Positions 1 to 12,672 of a stretch of DNA of 64,000 nucleotides are shown here, in pieces. Both the position numbers and the translations under genes were made by a program. The stretch covers positions 47,554,001 through 47,618,000 of the forward strand of contig NC_082713.1 in NCBI RefSeq assembly GCF_030144855.1, given 5' to 3'. Below the pieces are notes generated by a model. The model was not told where the DNA came from and ran no database searches. It worked only from the letters and a program-made list of their open reading frames with translations. Origin of the DNA: Hypanus sabinus (lineage: Eukaryota). The first letter of the stretch is position 1. The number at the start of each line of letters is the position of its first letter.

Positions 1-1540
1 GCTGGGGCTTTGACAAAGATCTTGGTATTCTCTTTACCCTGAGGTGAAGTGTTGGAGGGCAAGAGAGTAACCGATGTTGTTCCTTTGTTTAGGAAGGGAA
101 ACAGGGATAATCTAGGAAAGTATAGGCTGGTAAAGCTCCCATCAGTGACACAGAAGCTAATGGAGGGAACTTGTAAGGATAGAATTTGGAAGAACGTGAG
201 CTAATTCAGGAAAGTCGGCATGGCTTTTTGCAGGGACATCGCATTTCACTAACTTGGTTGATTTTTTTTTTATGATAACCAGAGTGACTGATGAAATGGA
301 TGTTATCTACATGCACTTTAGTAAGATGTTAGACAAGATCTTTTGATAAAGATGCATAGAATCTATGATGAATTGGTAACTTAAATTCAAAATTGGCTTT
401 CCCATAGAAGATACAGGGTAGTTTTGGAAGAATAGTCTTCTGGCTGGAGATCTGAAACCACTGGTGTTCTGCAGGGAGAGTTGCTGAGAGCTCACTTGTT
501 TATGATATTTATAAATGACTTGGACAAAAATCTAGATGCGACAGTGATGCACCATCAATAACTCTCTGAGACGTGAGGCGAGATATCTGCTTTTATTGAC
601 TGGAAGAAAGAACTAGCAGCAATTGACCACCATGCTACATCCTGGAGACTGAGAGGCAGGGCTCAGGCCCCAATTGCTTTTATACAGGGGTCTGTGGGAG
701 GAGCCACAGGAGCAGTCAGCGGGGGGGGGGGTGGGGTGGGGGGAGCATGTCCAGACAGGTATATGTAGTTCACCACAGACAGTTAATAAGTATGCAGATG
801 AAACAGAAATTGATGGAGTTGCACACAGTGAAGAAGGTCAACAAAAGATACAGCAGGATATTATCAATTAGAGTGGAGTTTAATGGAGGCAAAAGTGAGG
901 TTTTGTACTTTCAGATATTGCAAGGGGAATGTAAAAAGTTAATAACAGGATCCTTAGTGTCATTGATGTATGAAGGAATGTTGAAGTCTGGGTCCTTTCC
1001 ATCGTGAAAGTGACAAGAGCAGTAGAAAGAGTGGTAGCATGTTTGCCTTCATTGTTAAGGCCATTGAGCATTAGAGTCAGGAAGTTTGGTTAGGCCTCAG
1101 TCTTCTCACTCCATTGCAGGAAATATGTAAACACATTGAAGGGTTCAGAGGAAGTCTACCAGAATGTTGCCTGGACTAGAGCAGTGTTAGCTCTAAAGGG
1201 GTGTTGGGCAAACCTGGCATTGTTTACAGCGGCTGGGAGATATACCTAACAGAAGTTTATAGAATTATGAACAGACAACTAGAATCTTTCTCCCCAGGTA
1301 GAAATGCCAAATGCTGGAGGGCACAGCTTTAAAGAGGGAGGGGGAGTGTTTGAGGGGGATGTACAGGGCAAGTTTATTTAAACATCGAGTGGCAGTCATC
1401 TAAAGGGTGGCAATGAAAGCAGATGTGAGAATGGTATTGGATATACTCTATGGTATATGGATTATTTTTAGGAAGAAAGGATTAGTTTAATTTTGCATCA
1501 TGTTTGACAGATAAGGGATTGTTCCTGTAATGTACTGTTC
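1..1540 (+). mobile_element. Decayed CR1-type LINE (RT through 3' end), interrupted by a solo LTR
   Basis: Frameshifted RT remnants (SRHGF, KYADET); typical CR1 3' tail. Confidence 0.8.
545..777 (-). mobile_element. Solo LTR with 5-bp TSD GACAG
   Basis: Minus strand TGTGGTGAAC...GGTGCATCA; TATAAA and AATAAA inside; GACAG at 540-544 and 778-782; same family as 56790-56981. Confidence 0.9.
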
Positions 1541-2099
1541 AATATTTATTTCATTTTGCATATCCACACTTAGTCACTAAGCCTGCTATCTCCTTGATAC
1601 CTCCCTGCATCCTGCTTTCCATCATTGGCAAACTTTAGACATGATCTCCTAATCTAGATCAAAGCTGTGAATTTTCTTTAGCGTAGCCAATCTATGTCAG
1701 TTTGTATGGATTTCCATAATTAATTAATAGCACAATGGGAGTACTTTCACTATGCAATCTGCAACAGTTCAGATGTCGAATTAGGCATTAAAAGGCAAGC
1801 TTGATAGGGATGTCAGAATTCCATACATAAACAAATCCTACTTTGATAGAAATAAAAATATCTTTGTAGCCTACCTGCATTACACAGATATGTATCAATA
1901 GCATCCTCTAGTGATCAGAACTGGAAACTTGTACCTTTCAGAAACAAACATCATTAAGATACGAAATATTGCAGATCACCTTGTAGTGCAGTTCGAGATT
2001 AATGTTTGGGCACCACTGACTCATGGCTGCAAGGTGATCATTATTGGGAACTTAATGTCAAAAGATATGCGTTGTATTGAAAGTACAGGCAGGTAGGCA

Positions 2100-2282
2100 C
2101 CACGCCACCATTGTTGTCCAAGGGAAGGGCATTAGGACCCATACAGATTGGCACTGGTGTCGCCACAGGGCAATGTGTGGTTAAGTACCTTGCTCAAGGA
2201 CACACACGGAAGCCTCAGCCAAGGCTCAAACTAGCGACCTTCAGATAACTAGGCGAACGCCTTAACCACTTGGCCACATGCC
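2100..2282 (-). mobile_element. tRNA-derived SINE with CORE-like domain
   Basis: A box TGGCCAAGTGG, B box GTTTGAGCC, then GTGTCCTTGAGCAAGGTACTTAACC. Confidence 0.75.
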
Positions 2283-2286
2283 AACA

Positions 2287-3737
2287 TGTTCTTGATTAGC
2301 CAGGGCATCAAAGGGTATGGGGTGAAAGCAGGGGAGTGGGAATTACTGGAAGAATTAGATCAACCCATGATTGAATGGCAGAGCAGACTCGATTGGCCGA
2401 ATTGGCTACTTCTCCTTTTATATCTTATGGTCTGTTCTGAGACTGTGACCTCCAGTTTTAGATTTCTCTACTGTAGGAAACCTCTTCTCCACATTCACTC
2501 TATCTGGGCATTCCAGCATTCAATAATCTCAATGAGATCCCCTTTCATTCTTCTAAATTCCAGAGAGTACATTGGAGTACAAATGCTCCTCATACATTAA
2601 ATCTTTCATTCACAGGATCATTCTTGAGAACTTCTCTGGCCCCTCTCTGAGAGTATAAGGACAGCATATCTTAGATAAGTGGTTCAAAACTCCTCAAAAT
2701 GCTCTATGGTCTGACCAACACCTTATAAAGCCTCAGCATTACATCATTGCCATTATAGTCCAGTGAATTCTTTCGAAATGAAAGCTAACATTGCATTTGC
2801 CTTCCCTACTACCAACTCAACATGCAAGTTTACTTTTATGGAATCCTGCAAAAGGACCCAAGTCCCTTTGCACCTCTGATTTTTGAATTTTCTTCCTGTG
2901 TGGGAAATAATCGATGCCTTTATTCATTCTATCTATGTGCAGGAGCATACACTTACCATATATTCCATCTTCCATTTCTTTGCACATTTCCCCAATCTAT
3001 ATGTGTTTCTGCAGATTCCCTGCTTCCTTAACACTACCTGTCCCTCCATCTATTTTTGTATCTGCAAACTAAGCCACAAAGCTATCAATTTTGTCATACA
3101 ATTCATTGACATAAAAGGTGAAAAGAAGCAATCCCAATACCAACCTGTGGAATACCAGTAGACATAGACAGCCAACCAGAAAAATCCCAACTTCATTCCC
3201 CCTCTTTGCCTCCTGCCAGTCAGCCAATCTATCCATGCTAGTATCTTTCCTGTAATACAATGGGTGTTAAGCAGCCTCAGGTGCAGCACCTTGTCAAAGC
3301 CCTTCGGAAAATCCAAGTAAACATCCACTGACCCTCCTTTCTCTATCCTTCCAGTTACTTCCTCATAGAATTCCAACAGATCTGTCAAGCAATATTTCCC
3401 ACAGGGAAATCATACTGAATTTTGGTCTATTTTATCATATAGAACCATAGAAAACCCACAACACAATTCAGGCCCTTCAGCCCACAAAGATATGCCAAAC
3501 ATGTCCTTACCTGAGAAATTGCCTAGAGTTACCTGTAGCCCTCTATTTTTCTGAGCTCTATATATCTGTCCAGAAATCTCTAATGCCCCTCATTGTCCTG
3601 AACTCCAGGCAGTACAACCCAAGAGCTGCCAGTTGTTCCTCATACGGTAGCACTTTCATTATTGGAATCATTCTCGTGAATCTTCTCTGAACCCTCTCCA
3701 ATGTCAGTATATCCTTTTGAAAATAAGGAGCCCAAAA
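2287..3737 (-). mobile_element. Stacked CR1 LINE fragments, mostly minus strand
   Basis: ORF remnants LLEFYEEVT..VDVYLDFPKGFDKV; CR1 3' ends. Confidence 0.8.
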
Positions 3738-5658
3738 GTCGTCACTTTTATTGTCATTTCAACCATAACTGCTGGTACAGTGCATAGTAAAAATGAGACA
3801 ATGTTTTTTAGGACCATGGTGTTACATGACGCAGTACAAAAAACTAGACTGAACTATGTAATGAAAAAACACCATAGAGGAAGCTACACTGGACTACAGA
3901 CCTACACAGGACTGCATAAAGTGCACAAAAACAGTGCAGGCATTTACAATAAATAATAAACAGGACAGTAGGGCAAGCTGTCAGTCCAGGCTTCAGGTAT
4001 TGAGGAGTCTGATAGCTTGGGGAAAGAAACTAGTCTGGTTGTGAGAGCCCGAATGCTTCAGAGCCTTTTCCCAGACGGCAGGAGGGAGAAGAGATTGTAT
4101 GAGGGATGCGTGGGGTCCCTCATAATGCTGTTTACTTTGCTGATGCAGTGTGTAGTGTAAATGTCTGTGATGGCAGGAAGAGAGACCCCGATGATCTTCT
4201 CAGCTGACCTCACTATCCACTGCAGGGTCTTGCGATCCGAGATGTTGCAATTTCTGAACCAGGCAGTAATGCAGCTGCTTAGGATGCTCCCAGTACAACC
4301 CCTGTAGAATGTGATCAGGATGGGGGGGGTGGGAGATGGACTTTCCTCAGCCTTCGCAAAAAGTAGAGACACTACTGGGCTTTCTTTGCTATGGAGCTGG
4401 TGTTGAGGGACCAGGTGAGATTCTCCATCAGGTGAACACCAAGAAATTTGGTGCTCTTTACAATCTCTACTAAGGAGCTGTCAATGTTCAGCAGGGAGTG
4501 GTTGCTCTGTGCCCTCCTGAAGTCAACAACCATCTCTTTTGTTTTGTTCACATTCAGAGACAGGATGTTGGCTCTGCACCAGTTCATTAGCCACTGCACC
4601 TCCTCTCTGTAAGCTGACTCGTCGTTCTTGCTGATGAGACCCACCACAGTCGTGTCATCAGCGAACTTGATGATATGGTTTGAGCTGTGTGTTGCAGCAC
4701 AGTCGTGGGTCAGCAGAGTGAACGGTAGTGGACTGAGCACGCAATCCTGGGGGGCCCCCGTGCTCAGTGTGATGGTGTTGGAGATGCTGCTCCTGATCCG
4801 GACTGACTGAGGTCACCCAGTCAGGAAGTCTAGGATCCAGTTGCAGAGGGAGGTGTTCAGGCCCAGTAGGCTCAGCTTTCAAATCAGTTTTTGAGGGATG
4901 ATTGTGTTGAATGCTGAACTGAAGTCTATGAAAAACATCCAAATGTATGTGTCTTTTTTGTCCAGGTGGGTTAGAGGCAGGTGGAGGGTGGTGGCAATGG
5001 CGTCATCTGTTGAGTGGTTGGTACGGTACGCAAACTTCAGGTGGTCCAGTAAGGAGCGCAGCAGGGTCTTGATATGCCTCATGACGAGCCTCTCGAAACA
5101 CTTCATGATGATGGATGTAAGTGCAACGGGACAGTAGTCATTTAGGCAGGACACTGAAGACTTCTTCGGTATGGGGACGATGGTGGCAGCCTTGAAGCAC
5201 ATTGGAATGGTGGTGCTGCTCAGGGAGATGTTGAAGATGTCAGTGAGAACATCTGCTAGCTGGTCTGCACATCCTCTGAGCACTCTACCAGGGACATTGT
5301 CTGGTCCAGCAGCCTTCCATGGGTTGACCTTGCACAGGGTTCTTCTCACATCGGCCACAGTGAGACACAGCACCTGGTCATTTGTAGGAGGGGTGGACTT
5401 CCTCGCCGCCACGTCATTTTCCACCTCAAACTGGACGTAGAAGTTATTCAGCGCATCTGGGAGGGAGGCATCACCTGCACAGTCAGGTGATACTGTTGAT
5501 GTCCTGGATGCCCTTCCACATGTGCCTCGTGTCGCCGCTGTCCTGGAAGTGGCTGTGGATTAGCTGGGCGTGTGCACGCTTTGCCCTTCTGATAACTCGG
5601 AACAGTTTGGCCCTTGCTGTTGTTAGAGCTGTCTTGTCGCCTGCTCTGAAGGCGGAGT
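3738..5658 (-). mobile_element. 5'-truncated Rex1/Babar-type LINE inserted into a CR1
   Basis: RT fragments [41 protein letters not shown]; host CR1 is contiguous across the insertion (gcccaaaa|ctgcac). Confidence 0.9.
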
Positions 5659-6940
5659 CTGCACATAATACTCCAAGTGTAGTCTCACGAATGCCTTATA
5701 GAGCCTGCTCTTATATTCTATACCTCTAGAAATGAATGCCAACATTGCAATCACCTTCTTCACAACCAACTCAACCTGGAAGTTGACCTTCAGGGTATCT
5801 TGCACAAGGACTCTCAAGTCACTTTGCATCTTTGCATTTTGAATTCTCTCCCCATCTAAATAATAGTCTGCCCATTTATTTCTTCCATCAAAGTGCATGA
5901 CCATACACTTTCCAACATTGTATTTCATTTGCCACATTGCCCATTCCCCTAAACTATCTAAGTCTCTCTGTTTCCTCAACACTACCCGCTCCTCTACCTA
6001 CCCTTGTATCATTGGCAAACTTAGCCTCAAATCCATAGTCCAAATCATTGACATACATCATAAATGCAGTGGTCCCAACACCGGCCCCTGTGGAACTCCA
6101 CTGGTAACTGGAAGCCAGCCAGAATAGGATCCCGTTATCCCCACTCTCTGTTTTCTGCTGACCAGCCAATGCTCAACCCATGCTAGTAACTCCCCCGTAA
6201 TTCCATGGGCTCTTATCTTGCTAAGCAGCCTCATGTGCAGCACCTTGTCAAAGGCCTGAAAATCCAAGCACACCACACCTACTGCATCTCTTTTGTCTAT
6301 CCTGCTTGTAATTTCCTCAAAGAAGTGCAGTAGTTTTGTCAGGCAGGGTTTTCCTTTCAGGAAACCATGCTGGCTTTGGCCTATCTTGTCATGTGCCTCC
6401 AGGTACTTCGTAATCTTATCCCTAACAATCAATTCCAGCAACATCTCTACCACTGATGTCAGGCTAACAGGTCTGTAGTTTCCTTTTTGCTGTCTCCCAC
6501 CTTTCTTAAATAGCAGAGTAACATTGCAATTTCCAATTCATCCAGTACAATGCCAAAATCTATTGATTCTTGAAAGATCATTGTTAATGCCTCCGCAATC
6601 CCTCCAACTACTTCCTTCAGAACCAGAGGGTGCATTCCATCAGGTCCAGGAGATTTATCCACCCTCAGACCATTAACCTTCCTGAGCACCTTCTCAGTCA
6701 TAATTTTCACTGCACAAACTTCACTTTCCTGAATAGAGGGACATCCATTTAGAACACAGTTGAGGAGGAATTTCTTTAGCCAGAACGTAATGATTCTGTG
6801 GAATTTATTGCCAGTGATGGCTGTGGAGGCCAAGTCATTGGGTATATTCAAGACTGAGATTGATATGTTCTTGATTAGTCATTTGGTAACAGGTTACTGG
6901 GAGAAAACAAACAAATGCTATTGAGAGGGATGAGGGACAT
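5659..6940 (-). mobile_element. CR1 LINE RT region (continues 3580-3737) with a short inverted CR1 piece at 6731-6940
   Basis: KSPGPDGMHP, QHGFLKGK, GVPQGPVLGP motifs. Confidence 0.9.
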
Positions 6941-6975
6941 TACTGTTGAACATCAACAGAAGAATTTTCTTAGAG

Positions 6976-7164
6976 CAAGCACGAGGAAATCTGCAGATGC
7001 TGGAAATTCAAACAACACACACAAAATACTGGTGGAACACAGCAGGCCAGGCAGCTTCTATAAGGAGAAGCACTGTTGAAGAGTCTCGGCCCGAAACGTG
7101 GACAGTGCTTCTCCTTACAGATGCTGCCTGGCCTGCTGTGTTCCACCAGCATTTTGTGTGTGTT
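6976..7164. mobile_element. Fold-back Penelope-derived element with partial hammerhead motif at its centre
   Basis: ~63-bp inverted arms 7014-7076 and 7101-7164; loop GAAGAGTCTCGGCCCGAAACGTG; flanking AATTTTCTTA at 6963 and 7170. Confidence 0.8.
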
Positions 7165-7361
7165 ACAATAATTTTCTTACAATTTCTGAACTCAGTGTTT
7201 CTGTAACATTTTAAGTTTCAGGATGAATAAATGAATTGTCATACTATCCACATGTTGCATCAAATCAGAATGATTGACCCTGTTCTCTGGAAGAATTTCA
7301 ATTTTCTGGGTACAGTTTCTACAACATCTCGAAGTATTTAAAGGTGTAAAACCATTTACAA

Positions 7362-8686
7362 AGCAAACACTAGGAAATCTGCAGATGCTGGAAATTCAAG
7401 CAACACACACAAAATGCTGGTGGAACACAGCTGGCCAGGCAGCATCTATAGGGAGAAGCACTATCCACGTTTCGGGCTGAGACCCTTCGTCAGGACGAAC
7501 TGAAAGGTAAGATAGTAAGAGATTTGAAAGTAGGAGGGGGAGGGGGAAATGCAAAATGATAAGAGAAGACCGGAAGGGGTGGGGTGAAGCTGACAGCTGG
7601 AAAGATGATTGGCAAAAGGGATACAGAGCTGGAGAAGGGAAAGGATCATGGGACGGAAGGCCTAGGGAGAAAGAAAGTGGGAAGGGAGCACCAGAGGGAG
7701 ATAGAGTGATTGTGAGACGGGCAGAGAAAGAAAAGGGGGAGGAAATAAATAAATAAATAAGGATTAGGGTGAGAAGGGGAGGAGGGGCATTAATGGAAGT
7801 TAGAGAAGTCAATGTTCATGCCATCAGGTTGGAGGTTACCCAGCTGGTATATAAGGTGTTGTTCCTCCAACCTGAGTGTGGCTTCATCTTGACAGTAGAG
7901 GAGGCCATGGATAAACATATCAGAATGGGAATGGGACGTGGAATTAAAATGTGTGACCACAGGGAGATCCTGCTTTCTCTGGCGGACAGAGCGTAGGTGT
8001 TTAAGCGAAATGGTCTCCTAGTCTGTGTCGGGTCTCACAAATATATAAAAGGCCAGACTGGGAGCTCCGGACGCAGTATACCACACCAGCTGACTCACAG
8101 GCGAAGTGTCACCTCACCTGGAAGGACTGTCTGGGGCCCTGAATGATGGTGAGGGAAGAAGTGTAAGGGCAGGTGTAGCACTTGTTCTGCTTAAAAGGAT
8201 AAGTGCCAAGAGGGAGATCAGTGGGAAGGGATGGAGGGGATGAATGGACAAGGGAGTCACGTAGGGAGTGATCCCTGCAGAAAGCAGAAAGGGGGGTGGA
8301 GGAAAAGATGTGCTTGGTAATGGGATCCCGATGGAAGTGGCAGAAGTTACAGTGAATTATACATTGGACCCAGAGGCTGGTGGGGTGGTAGGTGAGGACA
8401 AGGGGAACCCTATCCCGAGTGGGGTGGCGGGTGAGGGCAGATGTGCGGGAAATGGGAGAGATGCATTTGAGAGCAGAGTTGATGGTGGAAGAAGGGAAGC
8501 TCCTTTGTTTAAAAAAGGAAGGCATCTCCTTCGTCCTGGAATGAAAAGCCTCATCCTGAGAGCAGATGCAGCGGAGATGGAGGAATTGTGAGAAGGGGAT
8601 GGCATTTTTACAAGAGACAGGGTGGATAGAGGAATAGTCCAGGTAGCTGTGACAGTCTGCAGGCTTATAGTAGATATCAGTAAATA
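7362..8686 (-). mobile_element. Penelope-like retroelement 3' part (RT C-terminus, linker, GIY-YIG endonuclease, pLTR)
   Basis: TDIYYKP..HSYLDYSS, RDRVPLVLTYHP and GVVYC..LLYICET (GIY-YIG) on the minus strand; pLTR identical in type to the fold-back arms. Confidence 0.9.
7461..7498 (-). ncRNA. Minimal type I hammerhead ribozyme motif in the Penelope pLTR (cleavage triplet reads GUG)
   Basis: Minus strand GTC-CTGACGA-A-GGG TCTCAG CCC-GAAA-CG-TG-GAT; core boxes and stem II intact. Confidence 0.7.
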
Positions 8687-9269
8687 TTTTCTTGGGTCAG
8701 ACTACACCAGGACAAACCACTCACAAATCAATTTCGCTTAACATATTTTATTACTTCTTACAGTTCATTTTCTAACCCAGAAAAACATACAAAATACCCA
8801 GTCACTAGATTTAAAAATCCACACCGTAATTTCTCACTTAGTCTCGTATGTTAACAAATTGTGCCAGCAATATTGCACTGGCTCACTAATGTCCAGCATA
8901 TCAATTTCAACATCTTTATTTCATAACATCACATCGTCATAACCCATGTTATCTGGCTGTCCAATCTTCACAGTCTCTGGAGTTAATATACCAACATGCT
9001 CTTTCAAAAGCATTTTATTTTACTACTTTTTAATATTTAATTACAAATTTAGTCATTTGACTACATTTCTATTTTTTTAATCTATCCCAAGCATTCCTCT
9101 CCATTTCACTTCACTTATGTGAAGCACTGTAATATTACTTTGTAAAGGGCACAGTAGAACTACTAGATGTTGCTATAACATTTAAAAAATAAACAAGAAT
9201 AGTTGTATTAATTGCTAATTTAGGACTAGGATTATTGGTCACAAGGACAGTATGTTTAGCACAATTGAT

Positions 9270-9440
9270 TCCCTCCACTCTCTGTAGGAAGTTTGTACCA
9301 TCTGTCTGTGACTGTGTGCGTTTCTACCAGGTGCTCCAGCTTCTAGACTTGCAAGTTAGGGTTACCAATTTGTAGCATGCTACGTTAGCACCGGAAACAA
9401 GTCAATATTTGTATGGTTCAATGTCGATATGATAAATAAA
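9270..9440 (+). mobile_element. V-SINE-like fragment
   Basis: GAAGTTTGTAC...GTGACTGTGTGCGTTTC..AGGTGCTCCAGCTTC resembles the V-domain. Confidence 0.55.
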
Positions 9441-11545
9441 GTCTTTAAAGGACAGAATACAAGATGATCAAATATTTCAATAGGATTCTGTGGTTTTCCA
9501 TTGCAATTAATGGAAATTATCTATAAGATTACATTGCAAAGTAAAAAGGTTTTACAATAGTGCACATTTGAAAATGAATTTGATTACCTTTGCAAATCTA
9601 TGTAAAAATATGCAAACATTAACACTAAATGGGGAACTAGAATGTTTTATATAGGAAGTGGGCTTGATAACATAATTATTGTTTGTCATTCCTTGTACTT
9701 GAGAGTATGGAGTGAAATAAAAACAAATATTCAGTAACTATTTAAAACTTATTTAATATACATGATGTGTCAGGCAGCCCTGGTTGAATCACAAATAGAA
9801 TAATTGAGTTGCAAAAACTACAGTGTATCGACAGTAAATCTGCATATTTGTACCATATGAAGCCTGAAACACTAGAACCAGAAGATTACTTTCCTAAAAT
9901 ACATTTGACATACTGATAATCTTTAAACAAAAATAATGAATTCATACTTCAGTTGTAATTTACATAGCACTGTAAACTGGCACCTCTTATTTTCAAGGAT
10001 GTCCACAAATTTACGTCTGATAAGGTCCTCAAAAAACTAGGGTGATAAAACCGCTTAACTATTACGTTTGATGATAAAACCTTCGTGGTTTTAAAATGAA
10101 TAGTTAAGTGCAATTTAACAGTACACACTAAAATTATGCACAGTGTGACACAAGACTCTTTTCCATAGTACCCAATACAGGATCAATCAACACTATTCAT
10201 TCACTGAAATGACCATAAGTAAATAGTCTATTGCAAGATCCAGTTTACTCATATCTGCATGAATATACACATGTATACAAAATGAGGTCTTCAAACAGTT
10301 ATAGCCAGAAAATAAACTCCAACTATGCCGTTAGGCTTGGTGATAAAGCTTTCCTTTGTGCTTTTAGGTTGAATTAATAGACACACAATAATTCTCTCAT
10401 GAGAGCTACAGACCATTTGCAATCAATATACTTTATGTTAGCCATGTGCATTTGATACCAACATATGGTTCTGCCACTATCAGTTGCATTTGAAAACATG
10501 AAGAGCTTATTTACCACATTCCAGCAGCAGTTAAAACTATTTTACAATTGATTTTGTGGGCTGCTATTACATTTGCAAAGTCTATCTCTATTTCTGCAAT
10601 TATTCAGAAACAGCAGGTTGATATTGTTCTATGTTCTTGGAAGTGAGAATAGCAGGAAACTGGATAATTAAAGACAGCAAGTAGAAAGCAAAAATACAAA
10701 AAAGTGGAAAGAAATATAAAATGTAATAGATTAAAACTGAAATGGAGAAGTACAACTGAAAAATTAGAAAGAAACATTTTGGAGAAAATAATAAAATGAA
10801 TAAAAAGAATTAAGACAAATAGGCCAATTTTAAACCACATTTGTCAGCTTTATGGATAAACCTAATTTAAATGTTATGACATAGAGTGATGGGATTTTTC
10901 AATTTTGTCTTCAATATTAGTCAGATTATATGACATGATTCCATATATTTTACAGAAAACCTATTAATCACCTATATTGGTTATTTAAAAGAAAAATCTC
11001 CAGCTTATCTACCAGGATATCATTATACATTCCAATAAATATAGTTATGTTCTGCAAACATGTTACCATAGTGCAATCCCCAATGAAGTTGCAAACTGTT
11101 AAGCAACTACAGATACCCATAATGCTACTGCAATTTGGGCAATAGAAATTCGCTCTTCCAGAATTCGCTACCAAGAAATCTGGAATACAAAATAAAATTT
11201 CAGACATGAAATTTATGCGGAGAAAGTAAACATTTTTTCCAACTTGCATTTCTTGATGCACATGCAGTTGGCACAGTTCAACATTACGAAAAATTTTCTG
11301 ACGGATTGTTTTCTAGGAATGCAACCTGCCATAATGCAATGTTCGTCAGTAGTTATTACGAATGTTATTTCAGAATAGAAATGAGATTTCAGTTATGTAA
11401 AACATGTAAATTGCAATATAGCAGATTAAACCAAACAAAGAAACAAATATTGACACAGTAGTATAATGACATAGCAAAACAAAAACTCCTGCTCTGAAGT
11501 TATGGAAAAACTGCTACAGGAAACAAGGAATCAAATTTTGTATAT

Positions 11546-11770
11546 GCAACACACATAAAATGCTGGAGGAACTTAGCAGGCCAGACAGCAACTATGGAAA
11601 AGGGTATAGTCGATGTTTCAGGCCAAGAGCCTTCAGCAGGACCTGTTGAGGGTCTAAGCCTGAAACTTCGACTGTACTCTTTTCCATAAATGCTGGCTGG
11701 CCTGCTGAGTTCCTCCAACATTTTGTGTGTGTTGCTTTGATTTTCAGCATCTGCAGATTTTCTCTTGTTT
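11546..11770. mobile_element. Fold-back Penelope-derived element with two back-to-back hammerhead-like motifs
   Basis: ~95-bp inverted arms meeting at ~11641; CTGCTGA..GAAACATC on minus and CTGTTGA..GAAACTTC on plus; TSD AAATTTTGTATATGC (11533) / AAAATTTGTATATGC (11771). Confidence 0.85.
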
Positions 11771-12672
11771 AAAATTTGTATATGCTCTTATGTTTAGATA
11801 AATTAAAAAGGGTAAAAAATACCGAGTTATACCAGCTTCACTTAATATCCAATTTATAAAAATCTATTTGAAGACAACATTACAATTCACAGTAAATAAT
11901 AACAAGCTGTTTCACCATTACTGGAATAGTAGAACCAGAGTACATAACCTGTGCATGAAAATGGGCAAATTCAAAATGAAGCTGCAAATATATCAGCATC
12001 ACTATTTCTTGTGGCTTCAACACCTCCTCCAAGTTGAAAGACAAGCCAAAAGAGCTCAATTTATTCTGATAAAATTGAACAACTTAGAGATTATTTTGAA
12101 ATACAGCATATGGCCTGTGGTAGCTAGCTGTGCCTCAAGTGGTAGCATTCCCATCTGACTCAACAACTTGTGGTTTAATTCTAGAATTTTAAGGACCAAT
12201 ATTACTCTGTACAATACTAAGACTGTACACTACTGGTGGTAGTCTTTCAATGATAAGACCTATTTGCCCTTTTAGAAAGAGAAGCAGAGGTGTTGTGAGA
12301 GATGGTGAGGAGGAATGATTCAATATACAAACGGAACATGACTGTATTTGCTGCTGAGTGGCAGGATGCAACAATATTCAAGAAAAGATCAAAGACAGAT
12401 ATCTGGGAAGAAGCAGTAAGAAGGTGAGGAGATTCTTTGTATGTGAGACAAAGGTAGTATCCTTAGCTGGACAATGGAGGAGGGGGATGTGGTTAATGGT
12501 ATTCGGTAGTAAAGTCTTCTCTTATTATAATGAAAATCTGGACACAATAAAAACTAAATCATTAAATGAAAGTAATTATTACATTTTATTGCAGAAGTAG
12601 ATCAGAGGCTCCTACCATGATGTGAGCATGATGGACCACTTTACCCTTGAAAAGCAATTTATTTTTCTAGTA

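Noticed and set aside
2200-2282. tRNA-like sequences here and at 37435-37500
   Set aside because: They are SINE heads continuing into SINE bodies; no complete cloverleaf
3738-6851. Long reverse-transcriptase ORFs as possible host genes
   Set aside because: Frameshifted, 5'-truncated Rex1 and CR1 copies
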